Virus record (IMG/VR): IMGVR_UViG_3300049194_000060
Coordinates: 1 to 50,238 of that record
DNA from: a virus
Lineage: Duplodnaviria > Caudoviricetes
Direction: 5' to 3' (one strand)
DNA: 50,238 nucleotides
Shown here piece by piece: positions 36,961 through 45,480 of this stretch. The position numbers were made by a program, and so were the translations under genes. The notes below the pieces were generated by a model, which was not told the origin of the DNA, searched no databases, and saw only the letters and a program-made list of their open reading frames with translations. Position 1 is the stretch's first letter, and the number at the start of each line of letters is the position of its first letter.

Positions 36961-37112
36961 AGCGCCAGCTAACGCCCGTGCGGGTATCTGTGGACCCCAA
37001 CTCCGCGTTCGGTCGGATCCTTGCTCAGCGTGCGCTTGGCGAACCGCGGTGCACGGCGTGCCGTGACGAAGGCTGTCTGCTCTGCCCGCCTGGGGCTCAT
37101 GGCGGCCCCTAG
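36957..37112 (+). CDS. Small Cys-rich protein
   Basis: GTGA-coupled; CTAC...CLLC. Confidence 0.45.
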   Translation: MKRQLTPVRVSVDPNSAFGRILAQRALGEPRCTACRDEGCLLCPPGAHGGP

Positions 37113-37794
37113 GCGCCCCGCTGCCGCGTCCGCCCCCGGCAGGCCCCTCACGCTGCGCGCCATGCTAGCAGCCGATTGTAGCAGCCTCCCAGCGCGCCTG
37201 CGGCACCTGATCCACGTGCTTGCGCTCCACGCGGATAACACCACCGGCCGGGGCCTCACGGGCCAGCGCCGCCTAGCGCGCTACATGGGGGTGTCGGATC
37301 GCCACGTGCGCAACCTGCTATCCGAGCTCGAGGTTGCGTGGGCCGCGGGCGATAGCCCCGTGGGGGTGCTGCGGGAATCGCGGTTCCTCAACTCCGACCG
37401 CTACACGCTGGTGATTCGCGACGATGCGCCGCTGCAGCTACCCCCCGAGGGGCCGCAGCCCCTCACCGGCCCGCGAGTCGTCCGGAACCCCAGTTCCGCC
37501 TCATACCGGAACCCCAGTTCCGCAATGACCGGAAGTCCACGACAAGTGGACCGGAATCCCAGTTCCGCTTCACCCCCCAATGAACCGGAACCCCAGTTCC
37601 TACAATCTACTCTGTTTCCCTCTACAGAGGGAACTACAGAGTTAAAAGAACAAAGTTCATTCCCGCCTGGTGGGGCTTACGCCCCGGCGGGGAATGTGGA
37701 GCAGCCTGCGGAGGGCGCTGCGCGCGCAGCGAAGCTGGAGGCCTCCCAGCGGCTAGCGGCGGCACGTCGTGCGAAGCTGGAGGGGAAGGGCTAA
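37099..37794 (+). CDS. Replication initiator (HTH_36 / lambda O-like organisation)
   Basis: VLALHADNTTG...GQRRLARYMGVSDRHVRNLLSELE wHTH followed by iteron-encoded RNPSSA repeats. Confidence 0.8.
   Translation: MAAPRRPAAASAPGRPLTLRAMLAADCSSLPARLRHLIHVLALHADNTTGRGLTGQRRLARYMGVSDRHVRNLLSELEVAWAAGDSPVGVLRESRFLNSDRYTLVIRDDAPLQLPPEGPQPLTGPRVVRNPSSASYRNPSSAMTGSPRQVDRNPSSASPPNEPEPQFLQSTLFPSTEGTTELKEQSSFPPGGAYAPAGNVEQPAEGAARAAKLEASQRLAAARRAKLEGKG
37482..37660. repeat. Iteron array and AT-rich tract: putative replication origin
   Basis: CCGGAA(C/T)CCCAGTTCC(GC) at 37482, 37506, 37551 and 37585, partial at 37529; followed by an AT-richer stretch containing an inverted repeat. Confidence 0.82.
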
Positions 37795-37805
37795 AACCCC
37801 GGGGC

Positions 37806-37836
37806 GCATAGCGCGCCGCATAGCAGGTGCTATGCT
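37806..37836 (+). promoter_or_regulatory. Promoter/operator motif
   Basis: GCATAGC, then ATAGCAGGTGCTAT palindrome overlapping extended -10 TG-C-TATGCT. Confidence 0.6.
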
Positions 37837-37851
37837 CATTGTTGCGGCGCT

Positions 37852-38337
37852 ATGAGCAGCGCGCTGCAGAAGGAGCTAGCGGCTATGGAATCCAGGCAAC
37901 GGGTTTTCGAGGATGGCGCGCGGGTGGTGTTGGCGCGGTTGTCGCGGAGCAATGTGCTGCACGGCTGCGGCGTAGAGGTAGGGACCGGCGGGACGGTTAG
38001 TGACGGCATCCCCGATGCGGATGGGGATGTTTACGTGCTATTCGATAGTCGCCCGGAGTGCCCGTATTACTGCGATCCCCGGGATCTAGAGCTCGAAGCA
38101 AAGCCAGCCGATCCGCACCGCGCGGCCGGACGGCTCTTCACCGCAGCCGGCAAGCTGGGCCCTCGGGCGATGGTGGTGCTTGCGGCCGTCGCGGAGCGTC
38201 TCGCCAAGGGCGCCACGGAGCACGGAGACTTCGCGCCGGGCTCCTGCCCCAACCCCGACCGTGAAACGGCGGAGGAGCTGCTGGACGGCATCGTGTACCA
38301 AACCGTGAAGGCCCTCCGCGCGGCGGGTGAGCTGTGA
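37852..38337 (+). CDS. Protein with a C-terminal MazG-like nucleotide pyrophosphohydrolase motif
   Basis: ERLAKGATEHGDF...ETAEELLDGIVY (EExxD acidic helix). Confidence 0.5.
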   Translation: MSSALQKELAAMESRQRVFEDGARVVLARLSRSNVLHGCGVEVGTGGTVSDGIPDADGDVYVLFDSRPECPYYCDPRDLELEAKPADPHRAAGRLFTAAGKLGPRAMVVLAAVAERLAKGATEHGDFAPGSCPNPDRETAEELLDGIVYQTVKALRAAGEL

Positions 38338-38492
38338 AGCACCCGCTACGCGATAACCGGCAGCGACAGTGCCCCTCGTGCTACGCCGCTGACGTTTCCC
38401 GGTGCTTCTGCTCCCAGGAGCGCATTGACGCCGACTGGGAGAAGCTGAGCTTCTGGGGCCAGCTCCTTTGCCGGCTCGGGTGGCTGCGATGA
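38334..38492 (+). CDS. Small Cys-rich protein (not in the ORF track)
   Basis: MKHPLRDNRQRQCPSCYAADVSRCFCSQ...LGWLR, coupled by GTGA and ATGA overlaps. Confidence 0.5.
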   Translation: MKHPLRDNRQRQCPSCYAADVSRCFCSQERIDADWEKLSFWGQLLCRLGWLR

Positions 38493-38677
38493 CGCCCGCG
38501 GAGCTCATTGGCCGCAGCTGCATCATCCAGCGGCCGGATAGCCCGGGGTACCGAAAGCACGGGAGGATCGCAGCCTACGAGCCGCAGTTGCCGTTTCCGT
38601 GGATCGTGGAATGGGGCATCGCGCAGAAGGGGGCGTTCCTGCTCATCGAGCTCGAACCGTCGGCGGTGGTGCTGTGA
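38489..38677 (+). CDS. Small hypothetical protein
   Basis: Coupled on both sides. Confidence 0.5.
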   Translation: MTPAELIGRSCIIQRPDSPGYRKHGRIAAYEPQLPFPWIVEWGIAQKGAFLLIELEPSAVVL

Positions 38678-39780
38678 GCGGCAAGCGCGCGAAGCGCGGT
38701 AGCGCGGCGGAGGCCGTCACCCCCGATCTGCTGGCGCGCTGGGAGGCGGGAGAGGCAGCACAGCTCATGGCGCCCTATCCGGATCCCCTCCCGGCTGCAG
38801 CGGCTGCAGCGCTCGCCCCAACCATCACCCAATTCGGCAGCTCCCGCTTCTCCGAATATCGCCGTTGCCAGCGAGCCCATTCGCTTCGCTACTCCGAGAG
38901 GATCGTGCGGCTACGGCTAGGGCCCAGCGATTCGCTGGACTACTTCGCGCTTGGGATTCTCATTCACGCAGCCCTCGCGTACTTCTGGGAGGGCTTGAAG
39001 CTCGGGGAGCCCCGCAGCTGGCGAGATGTGCTCCACGCGGCAACCCAACGCCCGGAAGGGCTGGAGCGGGACTTGTACCACGAGGCTGAGCGACTCCTCG
39101 CGGCCTACTTCGCACACCACCAGAGTGATCCACCTTTCGGCAGCGATTGGGGAGAGGGCGTGGAGATCGTGGATGTGGAGCGTGAGATCGTGGACGGCAT
39201 CGCGTGCCCGGATTGCGACAACATGCGTGGTGAATGGTCGGAGTGCGGCACGTGCCGCGGCGACGGTTTCACGGAGTTTGGAACCTTTCGGCTCCCTTAC
39301 ACCGCTCGGTTGGATCTCGTGGTGCGAATCGACGGCACGCTCTACGTCGTGGACACCAAAACCCGCGCGCAAAAGCTACCCGAGAATCGCGCTGTCTATG
39401 CCCGCAAGCTCCGCACCCGGGCTCAGTTCCTCGGCCAAGCCCACCTCGCTATGCTGGCCTACGGCCTCACCGAGCCGCCCCACGTGATGGTGAATGCCAT
39501 CGTGAAAACCAAGATCCCCCAATTAGACCGGCTCGCGGTGCCGATCTCGCTGGAGGACGTGGAGCGATGGCGAGAGCAGCAGCGCCGTGATGCGGCAGCG
39601 GGGCTCGCGGGGGATAACATGAACTACTCCTCCTGTGCCCCGGAGATGGGTTCCCCATGCATCTATCTCGACTATTGCCACGGCTCCGCGGAGGTGCGTG
39701 CGAAGCATTACGGCAAGCGGCAGGATGCGGCGGCAGCGGCTGACGATTCCGATGCTTCAGGGGTTGAATTCGCCGCATAG
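38674..39780 (+). CDS. PD-(D/E)XK nuclease (Cas4/RecB-like exonuclease)
   Basis: SSRFSEYRRCQR, LGILIHAAL, ARLDLV...VVDTKT, terminal C..C.YLDYC Fe-S-type cysteines. Confidence 0.88.
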   Translation: MSGKRAKRGSAAEAVTPDLLARWEAGEAAQLMAPYPDPLPAAAAAALAPTITQFGSSRFSEYRRCQRAHSLRYSERIVRLRLGPSDSLDYFALGILIHAALAYFWEGLKLGEPRSWRDVLHAATQRPEGLERDLYHEAERLLAAYFAHHQSDPPFGSDWGEGVEIVDVEREIVDGIACPDCDNMRGEWSECGTCRGDGFTEFGTFRLPYTARLDLVVRIDGTLYVVDTKTRAQKLPENRAVYARKLRTRAQFLGQAHLAMLAYGLTEPPHVMVNAIVKTKIPQLDRLAVPISLEDVERWREQQRRDAAAGLAGDNMNYSSCAPEMGSPCIYLDYCHGSAEVRAKHYGKRQDAAAAADDSDASGVEFAA

Positions 39781-39876
39781 CGTGCGCATAGCAACATAGC
39801 AAGAGGCGGCGGCACCGGTGTTCTGTGATGGGTTTCCCTGGTGCCGCCGCTTCGTGTTTCTCAGAAGGAGCATGCT

Positions 39877-40143
39877 ATGGAAGTTTTGGTTCTAATCGCA
39901 GTTGCGCTCGGCACGTTTGCTGCCGTGGGCGCGTATCTCAAGGCTCACGGTCTCAAGGGTTCCGTGCTGGAGCTCCACGAAGCGGTGGAGGAGATTCGTG
40001 CGGATCTGTATGAAGATCTCCGCGCGGATATCGCTGCCGCGATTGCGGAGGGGGCTGACGCGGTGATCGCTAAGCTCCCCGCGCAGAAGCCGCCGAAGCC
40101 TGCGAAGCCTGCAGCGGCGGCTCCCGCCGGGGAGCAGAGCTAA
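39877..40143 (+). CDS. Small membrane-anchored protein
   Basis: AAGGAG RBS; N-terminal hydrophobic helix. Confidence 0.6.
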   Translation: MEVLVLIAVALGTFAAVGAYLKAHGLKGSVLELHEAVEEIRADLYEDLRADIAAAIAEGADAVIAKLPAQKPPKPAKPAAAAPAGEQS

Positions 40144-40598
40144 TGTCTCGCGAGTTGGAGACCCAGGGGTTCCGCTACTCTGGGCCGTATCACGTTTCCG
40201 GCACCCCATTCGCGCTGGACTTCAACCGCACTTTTGGTGGCGGCAAGTACATCACGCGCCACGGTGTGCGAGACGAGAAGCTTACCGAGGAGCTCATGCG
40301 CTGGTTTGGAAGCTTGCCGGCGCTCGATGTAGGTAGCAGCGTCGCCAGCTACAGCGCTCACGCCGGCGGCGGGTACACGCAGCTGGCAATCGCGGCGTGG
40401 CTTCGCGAGGTGTGGGCGTCCGAACAGCCGAAGCGGTGGGAGGTAGTGCTGCCTGCCGCGCGGCTGTGCGACTCGCTATCGGGGGCGTTAGTGAACGCGA
40501 GCGCGGCGCTGCTGGACTGCGAACGGCAGATGGGCGCGCTGTCGCGCAGCGGCTCTGAGAAGCAATTCCGCGTGGTGATTGAGGAGGTGCGCGAATGA
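40143..40598 (+). CDS. Hypothetical protein
   Basis: TAATG-coupled ORF. Confidence 0.55.
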   Translation: MSRELETQGFRYSGPYHVSGTPFALDFNRTFGGGKYITRHGVRDEKLTEELMRWFGSLPALDVGSSVASYSAHAGGGYTQLAIAAWLREVWASEQPKRWEVVLPAARLCDSLSGALVNASAALLDCERQMGALSRSGSEKQFRVVIEEVRE

Positions 40599-41365
40599 CG
40601 CATGCGGAATCCGATCTCAACGGCCAAGCGGGATTGGCTGCCGGTGCGGTGGACGCTGCCGCGGCAGCTGCGGAGCTCCGCGCGAAGTTCGGCGTCATGA
40701 CGCAGGACGAGGCTAAGGAAAACGCATTCGCGCGCATCCTGCTCCTCGGTCCTGCGAAGGCCGGGAAGACCACCGCAATCGCCGGGACGGCCCCCAAACC
40801 CCTCGTGTTGAATTGCGACGGTCTGTCGGCCACGAAGGGCGCCAAGCGGGTGCATTCCGCTTCGCGTTTCGATGTGATCGACGTCAATTCCCGAGCCTCC
40901 CTCATCCACGCTGTGAAGGCTGCGGAAGCGATGGTTGCGGCAGGCCACACGCGCACCGTGATCCTGGACACGGCTACACTCCTCGTGGACAACATCCTGG
41001 ATGAGGTGACCAAAGCCGGATTCGAGGGTTGGGATCGGTGGGACGAGCTGGAGAAAGCCGTGATGGGGAGCGTAAAGCGCCTCGCGGCGCTGGAGGCTCA
41101 CCTATTCGTGATCTCGCACATGGATCCCACAAAGGATCCGGCACAGGGGATTCTCCCCACCATTGGTGGGAAACTAAAAACTCGTCTCCCCGCGATGCTC
41201 GACGATTGGATCCTCCTGGACGTGGATCCTGAGCGCGACCCGGAAAGGGTTTTCCTCCTCGGCCCGCAGAAAACCTGGACGCATAGCGGCCGCAACATCC
41301 GCCGCAAGTGCATGGTCGAGGCGGATGTGGAAGCGCTGTTTGAGGAACTGGGGATCACACCATGA
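40595..41365 (+). CDS. AAA_24/Sak4-like ssDNA-annealing ATPase
   Basis: LLGPAKAGKTT...PKPLVLNCD, TVILDT, FVISH; clustered with nuclease and SSB genes; GAGGAGG RBS. Confidence 0.82.
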   Translation: MTHAESDLNGQAGLAAGAVDAAAAAAELRAKFGVMTQDEAKENAFARILLLGPAKAGKTTAIAGTAPKPLVLNCDGLSATKGAKRVHSASRFDVIDVNSRASLIHAVKAAEAMVAAGHTRTVILDTATLLVDNILDEVTKAGFEGWDRWDELEKAVMGSVKRLAALEAHLFVISHMDPTKDPAQGILPTIGGKLKTRLPAMLDDWILLDVDPERDPERVFLLGPQKTWTHSGRNIRRKCMVEADVEALFEELGITP

Positions 41366-41733
41366 TGGCGCCATTCGGAAAGCTGTTGGGCCTCACGTTG
41401 ACGGCTATTGAGGGCTGCGTGCCTGGTAGCGAGGAAGTGACATTCACCGCTAGCGACGGCCGGCGCTTCCGGCTGTATCACGCGCAGAATTGTTGTGAAA
41501 GCGTCAGCCTCACTGATGTTTGCGGGGACGTGGCCGATCTTGTCGGTTCGCCAATCCTGCAAGCTGAGGAGGTGACCAACGCCAACGAAGGTGAGAAGCC
41601 GGGCGATTACTCGGATAGCTGGACGTGGACGTTCTACAAGCTAGCAACCATCAAGGGTAGCGTGACGCTACGCTGGCTGGGGGAGAGCAACGGTTACTAT
41701 TCTGAAGGCGTGGACTTCGTGGAGCTCGTGTAG
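41362..41733 (+). CDS. Conserved phage hypothetical protein
   Basis: HAQNCCESV...SWTWTFYKLATIKGSVTLRWLGESNGYYSE motif widespread in phages. Confidence 0.75.
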   Translation: MMAPFGKLLGLTLTAIEGCVPGSEEVTFTASDGRRFRLYHAQNCCESVSLTDVCGDVADLVGSPILQAEEVTNANEGEKPGDYSDSWTWTFYKLATIKGSVTLRWLGESNGYYSEGVDFVELV

Positions 41734-41811
41734 TGAAACGTTGCGCGCGACGCTGCAGCCGATGCAACTACACACCATGCGTGTGTGATATCGGTGTTTG
41801 GAGCGCCGCGC

Positions 41812-41843
41812 GCATAGCAGGACGGCATAGCAGGTGCTATACT
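41812..41843 (+). promoter_or_regulatory. Promoter/operator motif
   Basis: GCATAGC, then ATAGCAGGTGCTAT palindrome overlapping TG-C-TATACT; shares 16 bp exactly with 37818-37833. Confidence 0.6.
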
Positions 41844-41908
41844 CTCCCATGTCGGGTTAGCGCGCTGAGCAGCAGCGAGCAGCGATAAGAAAGGCAGCGA
41901 AGCAATTC

Positions 41909-42424
41909 ATGGCGAATGCAGGTTGGACTAGTGCGGATAGCGTCAATTGGGATGAGGTTTCCACGGAGGCGCCCCCGCCCCTCGCGGACAACCTCTATGA
42001 GGGTCTCATTGCGAAGGCGGAACCCCGTCCCACGAAGGATAACAAGCCGGCGATCAGCATCGAGCTGAGCGCGTCGAAGGTGTTCGGTGGTGAGGAGCTC
42101 GAGAGGGCGCGCAAGGTGTTCGATAACCTCACTCTCACCAAAGAGGCCGCGTTCCGCGTGAAGCAGCTTGCGGCGGCTGCCAACGTGGAGCCCCCGAAGA
42201 ACTTCGGGATCGATGCGGTGACGGCGTTCTGCGATGCGCTGGTGGAGTCGGAAAAGGTGATCTTCCGAACCCGCCTCAACACTTACAAGGGCAAAACCAA
42301 CGCCAAGGTGGTGCAATACCACACGGAGGAGTCGGCGAAGAAAGACGCCGCGGGTGGCGAGCAAAGCGGCAGCGAGGGAGCTTCGGAAGCTCCAGTGGTG
42401 CGCCGCAAGCGCGCAGCGGCCTAG
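41909..42424 (+). CDS. Single-stranded DNA-binding protein (DUF669-like)
   Basis: PPLADNLYEGLIAKAE...RKVFDNL...YKGKTNAKV OB-fold pattern; near the Sak4-like gene. Confidence 0.75.
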   Translation: MANAGWTSADSVNWDEVSTEAPPPLADNLYEGLIAKAEPRPTKDNKPAISIELSASKVFGGEELERARKVFDNLTLTKEAAFRVKQLAAAANVEPPKNFGIDAVTAFCDALVESEKVIFRTRLNTYKGKTNAKVVQYHTEESAKKDAAGGEQSGSEGASEAPVVRRKRAAA

Positions 42425-42482
42425 CAGCAGCCGCATAGCGGCTAGCGCAGTGCGAGGATGAGAGCCCCCGCACTGCGCTTAT

Positions 42483-42561
42483 GGGAACGTAATGCGGAGG
42501 TGGGTTAGCAGCGCCGAGATAAAGGCGTGTCTCGTCGGTTCAATTCCGACACGTTCCCCCA
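42483..42561 (+). ncRNA. Non-canonical tRNA-like RNA
   Basis: Acceptor GGGAACGT/ACGTTCCC plus CCA, perfect T-arm GTCGG-TTCAATT-CCGAC, D-arm TGC/GCA with GG, anticodon stem GCGCC/GGCGT with an 8-nt loop; intergenic. Confidence 0.78.
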
Positions 42562-42593
42562 GCAGAGCGCAACGCGCTCAGAAGGCAGCAATC

Positions 42594-43043
42594 ATGGCGG
42601 ATCGAAGCAGCAAGATCGGCACGTCGCCCCGTGGCCCATTGGAGCTCATGGGCCCAATCCCAACGGACCCGAATGCCGCCGGCGAGGAGGATCTCCGCGT
42701 CGCGAGGGCCCAGGCGGTGGCGCTCTATCGAATGTTCATGGCCCCGGGGCTGCTGAACGCCGCAGGCCTCACCAGCCTCTCCTCAACCATGGTGGGGACG
42801 ATGCTTCTCGGCGCTGTGATGCTGGGGAAGCTACGCGCCGAAGCCGCAGCGGAGCCGGAGAGCTTCGTATCCAACATGCTGCCGCTGCTGGAGAAAGAGG
42901 TGGAGTTTCTAGCTGAGGAGTCGCTCGCCGGCCGTGCACGCAGCCTCGCTGGTGGGTCCACTTGGACGCCGATCTCGGATCTCGAGGAGCGCGCGAGCGA
43001 AACGCTGGGCCTGAAGGCCACGAGCCGTGGGGGTGACGCATGA
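42594..43043 (+). CDS. Hypothetical protein
   Basis: ATG 42594 follows a GAAGGCAGC leader similar to that of the SSB gene. Confidence 0.55.
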   Translation: MADRSSKIGTSPRGPLELMGPIPTDPNAAGEEDLRVARAQAVALYRMFMAPGLLNAAGLTSLSSTMVGTMLLGAVMLGKLRAEAAAEPESFVSNMLPLLEKEVEFLAEESLAGRARSLAGGSTWTPISDLEERASETLGLKATSRGGDA

Positions 43044-43597
43044 GGCTCCTAGCCGCTGCGTGGGATTGGATGGTGGATGCTGCAGTGCGCGCGCTGTGCG
43101 CAGCGATGCCGCAGCGTCACCGAGTGATCCCAACCTCCACGGATCCCTCAAGGCCGCTCCTCGAGCAATTCGCAGTGATGCGTCAATGCCGTTTCGGTGC
43201 GTTGTATCTCCAACGGTTCGTTAATCCCGAGCTCCCTCGGTTCTTCCACCGCCACCAGTGGCACCGCATGCGAAGCTTCGTGCTGAGCGGTGAATTCGTG
43301 GAGGAACGCGCGCCGTTGGCTTACGACGAGGCGGCAAGCAAGCTGACGCAAGTCTGGCCGCCGCACGCGATCGTGCACGTCACTCACAAGCGGCTTTCCA
43401 CGTACACCATGGATCGCAGCGTGATCCACCGTACCGATTCTTGGGGTAAGCGCTGCTGGACGCTCTTTTGGATGAGCTCACCGAAGCTTGAGGATTGGGG
43501 TTACTACGATCGCGAGGCCGCGTGGCGATTCATTCCCTGGCGTGAGCAGATTGCGAAGCAGATCCCATCGCTGGATGAGCCGGGGAAGCTCACATGA
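43040..43597 (+). CDS. Cupin-fold (double-stranded beta-helix) protein
   Basis: FFHRHQW...SFVLSGEFVEE...IHR...CWTLF metal-binding cupin pattern. Confidence 0.7.
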   Translation: MRLLAAAWDWMVDAAVRALCAAMPQRHRVIPTSTDPSRPLLEQFAVMRQCRFGALYLQRFVNPELPRFFHRHQWHRMRSFVLSGEFVEERAPLAYDEAASKLTQVWPPHAIVHVTHKRLSTYTMDRSVIHRTDSWGKRCWTLFWMSSPKLEDWGYYDREAAWRFIPWREQIAKQIPSLDEPGKLT

Positions 43598-43779
43598 GGG
43601 ACGCGCGCATAGCAGCCCTGACGATCGCCGAGGAGCCGCCCCGCCAAGTGTACGGCCTACACGGCCCCCGGGGGACGATTGGCGACCCGGTTTTCAGAGT
43701 AACTTTCGAGGTGGAACTGCCCTCGCTTGCGCTGGCGTACAGCCTGGCCAAGGCGCTGCGCGAATTCATCGCTGAATGA
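43594..43779 (+). CDS. Small hypothetical protein
   Basis: ATGA-coupled on both sides. Confidence 0.5.
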   Translation: MRDARIAALTIAEEPPRQVYGLHGPRGTIGDPVFRVTFEVELPSLALAYSLAKALREFIAE

Positions 43780-44918
43780 GCTCAGGCGCTACTCTCCGTC
43801 CCGCCGGCGCTGCGTGCGACACCTGCCCAGCCCGCATGGGCCGCTGCATCCTCCCGGAGCCGGCGATGGGGGGAAAAGCGCGGCTCGCTGTGGTAGGGGA
43901 GTCCCCGTCGCGCGCGGATGTGGAAACCGGCCACCCTTTCGGCGGTGCCTCGGGGCGCATGTTGGGCCGCGGGCTACGGACGATAGGGCTGCAGCGCTCC
44001 GACGTGCATTGGACCAACGCGGTTCTCTGCGCTTGCGATGATCGCACTCTCACGAAGGCCCGCGCTGCATGCGCCACACGGCTCCGCACGGAGCTCGAAG
44101 CCTCGGGAGCACCGGCTATCGTTCCGGTGGGCCCTGCCGGCCTGCAGAGCTCGCTAGCCCTGCCCCGCAAGCCGCAGATCCTGAAGTGGCGGGGAAGCGT
44201 CTCAAAAGCCATCTACGGCGAGGGGCCCGCAGCGCCCAGCGCATTCGTTCTTCCCACCCTACACCCCGCATTCGTGATGCGTGCTCCCAAGTGGGGCCCG
44301 GTCCTGGAGCTCGACGTGTCGCGCATCGGAAGGATTCTTGAGAATGGCTTCACAGCTCCGGAAGATGCGCCGTCGCGCCGGCTGGTCGTGCCCCACACGA
44401 GGGATTCCCTACGGCACGCTCTCAATTCCCTTTCGTCACGGGATGTCAGCTTCGATGTTGAAACTGTGGGGCTCGGGCCGGCTTACACTTCCCTCGTATG
44501 CTTCGGACTCTCCGACGGAGAGCTTACGATCGTTATTCCTTGGAGCCGCGAGGCCAATGGGCTTGAGCCTTTCTGGAAGGATGGCGGGAGGGAAGCAGCT
44601 GATCTCACAAGCGCTGCTCTCTCGTCGCGACTCGCGGTAACCCATAACGGTCCCGCATTCGATCACATCGTCGCTGCGCGCTATGGCATCCGCATCGCGG
44701 CGTGGGGTGACACTCTCCTCCTCGCTCACGCTATGGCCGGCCACATGCCGAAAAACCTAGCGCACGTGGTGACGCTATATCTCGATGTGCCCCCGTGGAA
44801 GCAGCTAGAGGATCGCGGGGTTGATATCGAAAGGCTTCATGTTTACAACGGTAGGGACTGCCTCTACACGGCGCTTGCCTGGGAGGCTTCCAAAACAGCG
44901 GCGGGACTAACCCGCTAG
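43776..44918 (+). CDS. Family 4 uracil-DNA glycosylase-like domain fused to a 3'-5' exonuclease (N-terminal part of a split PolA)
   Basis: CDTC, VVGESP, PFGGASG, TNAVLC and TLHPA (UDG4 with Fe-S Cys); ExoI FDVET, ExoII HNGPAFD, ExoIII YNGRD. Confidence 0.9.
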   Translation: MSSGATLRPAGAACDTCPARMGRCILPEPAMGGKARLAVVGESPSRADVETGHPFGGASGRMLGRGLRTIGLQRSDVHWTNAVLCACDDRTLTKARAACATRLRTELEASGAPAIVPVGPAGLQSSLALPRKPQILKWRGSVSKAIYGEGPAAPSAFVLPTLHPAFVMRAPKWGPVLELDVSRIGRILENGFTAPEDAPSRRLVVPHTRDSLRHALNSLSSRDVSFDVETVGLGPAYTSLVCFGLSDGELTIVIPWSREANGLEPFWKDGGREAADLTSAALSSRLAVTHNGPAFDHIVAARYGIRIAAWGDTLLLAHAMAGHMPKNLAHVVTLYLDVPPWKQLEDRGVDIERLHVYNGRDCLYTALAWEASKTAAGLTR

Positions 44919-44931
44919 GAGTAGCAACGTT

Positions 44932-45480
44932 ATGAACAGCAGCAGCAGCAGCAGCACCACCACCATCGAAGGCCTCCCCAAGCTCCCGCGCCACCCGTCC
45001 ACGCTTCTCAAGCTGGCGTGCGACGATGCAGATCGTGTGTTCGAAGATCCGCGCTACGTGCTCGCGATTGACTCAACGTATTACGACAAGCTCCCCGACG
45101 ATCCGCAGGATGCGCGCGGGGACTACGGCTCTGCAGCCGTGGCCGGCAAGTGCGCGGTGTGCTTCGCCGGCGCGGTGATCGCTGGCACGCTGGCGTGTCC
45201 GTATGGCGACGATGAGCAAGCCTCGCTCATGCTGGGCGGGCCCGATGCTCAAGCGCTGTTCGCTCTTGATACTGTACGTACTGGTGACGTGGCGGACTAC
45301 GTCAAGGCGCTGGTCGGTCGCTCCCTGACGGATGCCGAGCTTGATAAGCTCTGCGATGCTTTTGACGGCAGCTACACCTTCGACGTACCGCACGTCCCCA
45401 GCTTTGGACGCAGCAAAGGGAAGGCGTTTCGAAAGGCGATGCGCAAGATCGCCACGAAGCTGGAGAGCATCGGCTGGTGA
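44932..45480 (+). CDS. Hypothetical phage protein inserted between the polA halves
   Basis: LPRHPSTLLKLA...DPRY...CAVCFAGAVIA; GGAG RBS. Confidence 0.7.
   Translation: MNSSSSSSTTTIEGLPKLPRHPSTLLKLACDDADRVFEDPRYVLAIDSTYYDKLPDDPQDARGDYGSAAVAGKCAVCFAGAVIAGTLACPYGDDEQASLMLGGPDAQALFALDTVRTGDVADYVKALVGRSLTDAELDKLCDAFDGSYTFDVPHVPSFGRSKGKAFRKAMRKIATKLESIGW

Noticed and set aside
37482-37600. Direct repeats as a CRISPR mini-array
   Set aside because: Repeats are 16-18 bp with irregular 6-27-nt gaps and lie inside the initiator ORF; iterons explain them better.
38674-39780. Cas4-like gene as part of a CRISPR-Cas system
   Set aside because: No other cas genes and no array; its context (Sak4-like ATPase, SSB) is a standard phage recombination module.
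42492-42593. N-terminal extension of the 42492-43043 ORF
   Set aside because: It overlaps the tRNA-like structure; ATG 42594 has a better leader.
44938-44964. (AGC)6(ACC)3 microsatellite as a phase-variation switch
   Set aside because: Triplet units cannot shift the frame; it only encodes a Ser/Thr-rich N-terminus.
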